A DNA stretch of 63,720 nucleotides, counting the filler, from Asterionella formosa (lineage: Eukaryota): NCBI GenBank assembly GCA_002256025.1. It is 2 parts of 2 records of this genome, joined end to end, with 100 filler letters (N's around TTAATTAATTAA, not from the genome) between each part and the next. Parts side by side here need not be neighbours in the genome. Positions count along the whole stretch, not along the records: positions 31,932 to 63,720 come from NKIB01000594.1; 1 more part is not named here. The stretch is one strand, 5' to 3'. The translations under genes and the position numbers were made by a program. Of this stretch, positions 60,927-63,720 are shown piece after piece (positions within the stretch are counted from its first letter, which is position 1; the number at the start of each line of letters is the position of its first letter). The notes under the pieces were generated by a model. The model was not told the DNA's origin. It saw only the letters and a list, made by a program, of their open reading frames with translations, and searched no databases.

Positions 60927-62249
60927 ATGTGCTCTACTACTTTTGCATCGTTCCTTGGAGGCGCAGTTCTGACCTTGCTGCTGGCCAGTGCTTCGCTCTC
61001 CACCGCTTTCGCGCCTCATTCCCATTCAAACATCCGCTTCCGCGGCTTCGATCGACATGCGATATCTATTCCGAACGAGAACCGCTTCGACCGAAAAGCG
61101 CCATCCGAGGCTCAAGCCGACACACCTTGCATCATTACGATTGGTCACAAAATGTACAACTTAACAACATGGGCCAAAGCTCACCCCGGAGGAGTTAGAG
61201 TGCTGCAGAAGTTTCACGGCAAAGATGCGACGAAAGCGTTTGACGCTGCCGCGCATTCAAACCATGCAGTCGAAATGCTGAAAGAGTTTGAGATTCTGTC
61301 TTCCGATGATGTTGACCAAGTCAGAGATGTGAATCTTCAGGTTGGCGCCAAAATGAGCAAGAAACCCCGCTGGCGTACAAAATTGTTTACTAAGGAGGAC
61401 CCAATAGGGATCCACAAGTATTGTGGCATCTTCGTGTTACTCCACTTTGCTTTTCGCTACTTTCAAATGCTGTTTGGGGACCCCTCTGCAGGTTTCGGTA
61501 GTCGTCTTGGAAAAGGACCCGCCCTTTATGCTCCATTTTGTCTGATTCCACATACCATTTTAAGTTTGTCGTCCCTCATCTTTCATACTGTCCCCAAAGA
61601 ACGGGTTGTTGGCAAGCCCATGATTTGGCAAGAGTTCAGAGTCCATAACATTCTGTTTGCCATGCGATCCATTTTGGCAACACTCCTTACTTGGGGTTCA
61701 CTTTACATCAGCAAGAACTCTCCCAGTCATCTCAATACTCGCCTGACTACCGTGGCTGTATCAATTATTGTCCTTACAACTCAAGTACTTGCCGATGAGG
61801 CCACCAAGCGACTTCGTGTCAATACTCTTGAATCAACGACTGCGACCATGCCATACTGGGATGGCTGCTCAGTCGGAACCCAAAAACGGTTCAAGTCCTT
61901 CTATGCCATGTGTCAGTTTGATGCCACATTGGCCTGTCTGGCCGTAGCCAACCCAGCCTGGAGTCTGGCTGTACTTCTTCCCATTCAACTGGCATCTCTG
62001 CTAATGACATTGGTTCGCAAATCGCTCCTGAGTCCGAAAGGATATCACATTGGCTACACCCTGTCACTAATGGTTCCATACCTTGTGGCGTATCGTAGTG
62101 TAGGCATGCCTGTCTTTGGATTGTTTGGATTGGGGTGGTTACTGTATCAACTGCGGCGGCAAGGAGTTAATAAGTATGCCTTATGGGTCCCAGTCATTGC
62201 TGCTAGAATTGCAATTGGTGACCATTTATTTGCTGGCTTTTCCTGGTGA
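60927..62249 (+). CDS. Cytochrome b5-membrane protein, copy 2
   Basis: Near-identical to 58471-59793. The ATG at 60927 aligns with the copy 1 start. Confidence 0.85.
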   Translation: MCSTTFASFLGGAVLTLLLASASLSTAFAPHSHSNIRFRGFDRHAISIPNENRFDRKAPSEAQADTPCIITIGHKMYNLTTWAKAHPGGVRVLQKFHGKDATKAFDAAAHSNHAVEMLKEFEILSSDDVDQVRDVNLQVGAKMSKKPRWRTKLFTKEDPIGIHKYCGIFVLLHFAFRYFQMLFGDPSAGFGSRLGKGPALYAPFCLIPHTILSLSSLIFHTVPKERVVGKPMIWQEFRVHNILFAMRSILATLLTWGSLYISKNSPSHLNTRLTTVAVSIIVLTTQVLADEATKRLRVNTLESTTATMPYWDGCSVGTQKRFKSFYAMCQFDATLACLAVANPAWSLAVLLPIQLASLLMTLVRKSLLSPKGYHIGYTLSLMVPYLVAYRSVGMPVFGLFGLGWLLYQLRRQGVNKYALWVPVIAARIAIGDHLFAGFSW

Positions 62250-62539
62250 TATGCATGCCTCTACGAAAGTGCTGATGCAAAAAATAGAACCAAAACTTAT
62301 GTACTTTTCTAGGCTATGTTTAATATCATATGACTGATTGTGTTCTTAAATCTAGGATGCTTGCCTCAAACATCCTTTTGGTTCTAGATATAAATCATTT
62401 AGCTTGACTAGATTAGCTATATCATTCACTGCAATTTGGATCAAATGATTCCCGCCCTATTCTTGGTAAATACACAGTATACACATTCCAGAAACTTGAC
62501 ATACTAGGGTGGTGGTTGATGGGTGCCACAGAAATAAGA

Positions 62540-62703
62540 TTCACTACTGCAGTATGTAGAATATTTGACAAATACTAACAACCTCTACTGTTATATATGC
62601 AAACAGTTTTTTAGGCTATTTTCACTACTGTGGTATGTCGAATATTTGACAAATACTAACTACCTTTATCATTATAGATGCATTCAGTTATTTTTAGGCT
62701 ATC
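62540..62703. repeat. Tandem duplication, 2 x ~81 bp
   Basis: TTCACTACTG..GTATGT.GAATATTTGACAAATACTAAC...TTTTTAGGCTAT occurs twice. Confidence 0.85.
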
Positions 62704-63547
62704 ATATCAATCACATACCCATATGGATATCTGTTTTTGGCAGCTTTCTGTCCATGAATACAAGTATTGGCTAATGACTGAGAAAAAGTGCAACAAGGAA
62801 TGGGATTCTCTTTGCTTCAGTCCAACGCATTAATATTCAGCACATGGAAGACCCCCACAACCTCTGGGAATTTCAAACAAGAAAACTTTATTGCTGCCAT
62901 CCACACTCTTGGCCATCAGGTACCAAAGTGATTCAACCTCAAAACAAGTCAATTACAGGCCTCTTTTCCAGCAACATTATGCTTTCCCACTGTTTTTTCT
63001 CTTACCTTCTTAATATTTGGCTAACATCCTATATATTCTTCCATCTCTCTTGCCAATGCTCTTCCTTCTGAACTTAAGCATCAAACATCTGCTGATCAAG
63101 CCTTTCTTCGACTCTGCTTCAAAGCTGTCTTATCAACTTAGGTTGTGACATAGTCAGTGTCTTGCCCCTTTTCACCTTCTGCAATGCTTACATTCTCTCT
63201 TAATTTTGACCACTTTCTTTTCTCTCAGTTTCTTGACCATAATCTTAGTGCCACATAGGCTCCTTGCCTGGTGGCACACACCCATTACAGTTACAAAATC
63301 TCCTCCATTCTCAAGAGCTGCATGGGCTCCTTGTCCGGCTCCACTGTCCTAAATTTACAATCCTGGCCCTCTTGGCCACATCAGTGCAACCTAAAAAATC
63401 CACCATACGTAGTCAAAGCTCTAGCACACGGCGTACTTAAAAATCCACCACATTATTGATATTCATGGTATCATGTATACTGTAAATACCGGTAATACTT
63501 CAGACCAACATATAATTTGTCATATAAAATATTGCCGGTATCTTCTA

Positions 63548-63625
63548 CCGTAAAACCTGGTGTCTCGTACCCCTCAATGTACACAGCCACGAATGATTTT
63601 ACTTAGAGGGGAGTACAAGACATCG
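63548..63625 (+). mobile_element. Left terminus of a pogo-like element
   Basis: TA|CCGTAAAACCTGGTGTCTCGTACCCCTC is followed by an inverted copy GAGGGGAGTACAAGACA. It is related to 5091-5151 and to the reverse complement of 26481-26514. Confidence 0.55.
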
Positions 63626-63720
63626 GACCTTTTTTGATAATCCAACACTGCGAGCAAACCAACTTCACCACCGTTTTCTCCGTAGTCTAAAACGTAAATA
63701 GCAATATTAAAAGATATTTA

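Overview
Eukaryotic nuclear DNA, most likely from a diatom. The assignment is an inference from AF(AP)-type bipartite plastid presequences, helicase-associated (HA) repeat proteins and CoDi-like Copia remnants. Apparently intronless genes sit as islands among heavily decayed transposons. Genes: two paralogous 3xHA-domain proteins, an ABCB half transporter, the N-terminus of a probable secreted M6 protease, a hotdog thioesterase, a GT47 glycosyltransferase, an SNase nuclease, a probably plastid-targeted bacterial-type topoisomerase IA fused to three HMG boxes, and a tandem pair of cytochrome b5-membrane proteins of unknown function. Mobile DNA: two PIF/Harbinger transposases, two pogo-like remnants, several Copia fragments, a Kolobok-like element (terminus, KolX and transposase), a Stowaway-like MITE, and a complete 620-bp TRIM-like LTR element with a 6-bp TSD. 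Two related tRNA-like (Pol III) heads and promoter-proximal clusters of TACCGGTA/TACC(A/T)GGTA motifs are also present. An artificial 100-bp gap at 31832-31931 splits the window into two contigs. All family assignments come from motif recognition by eye; no searches were run.
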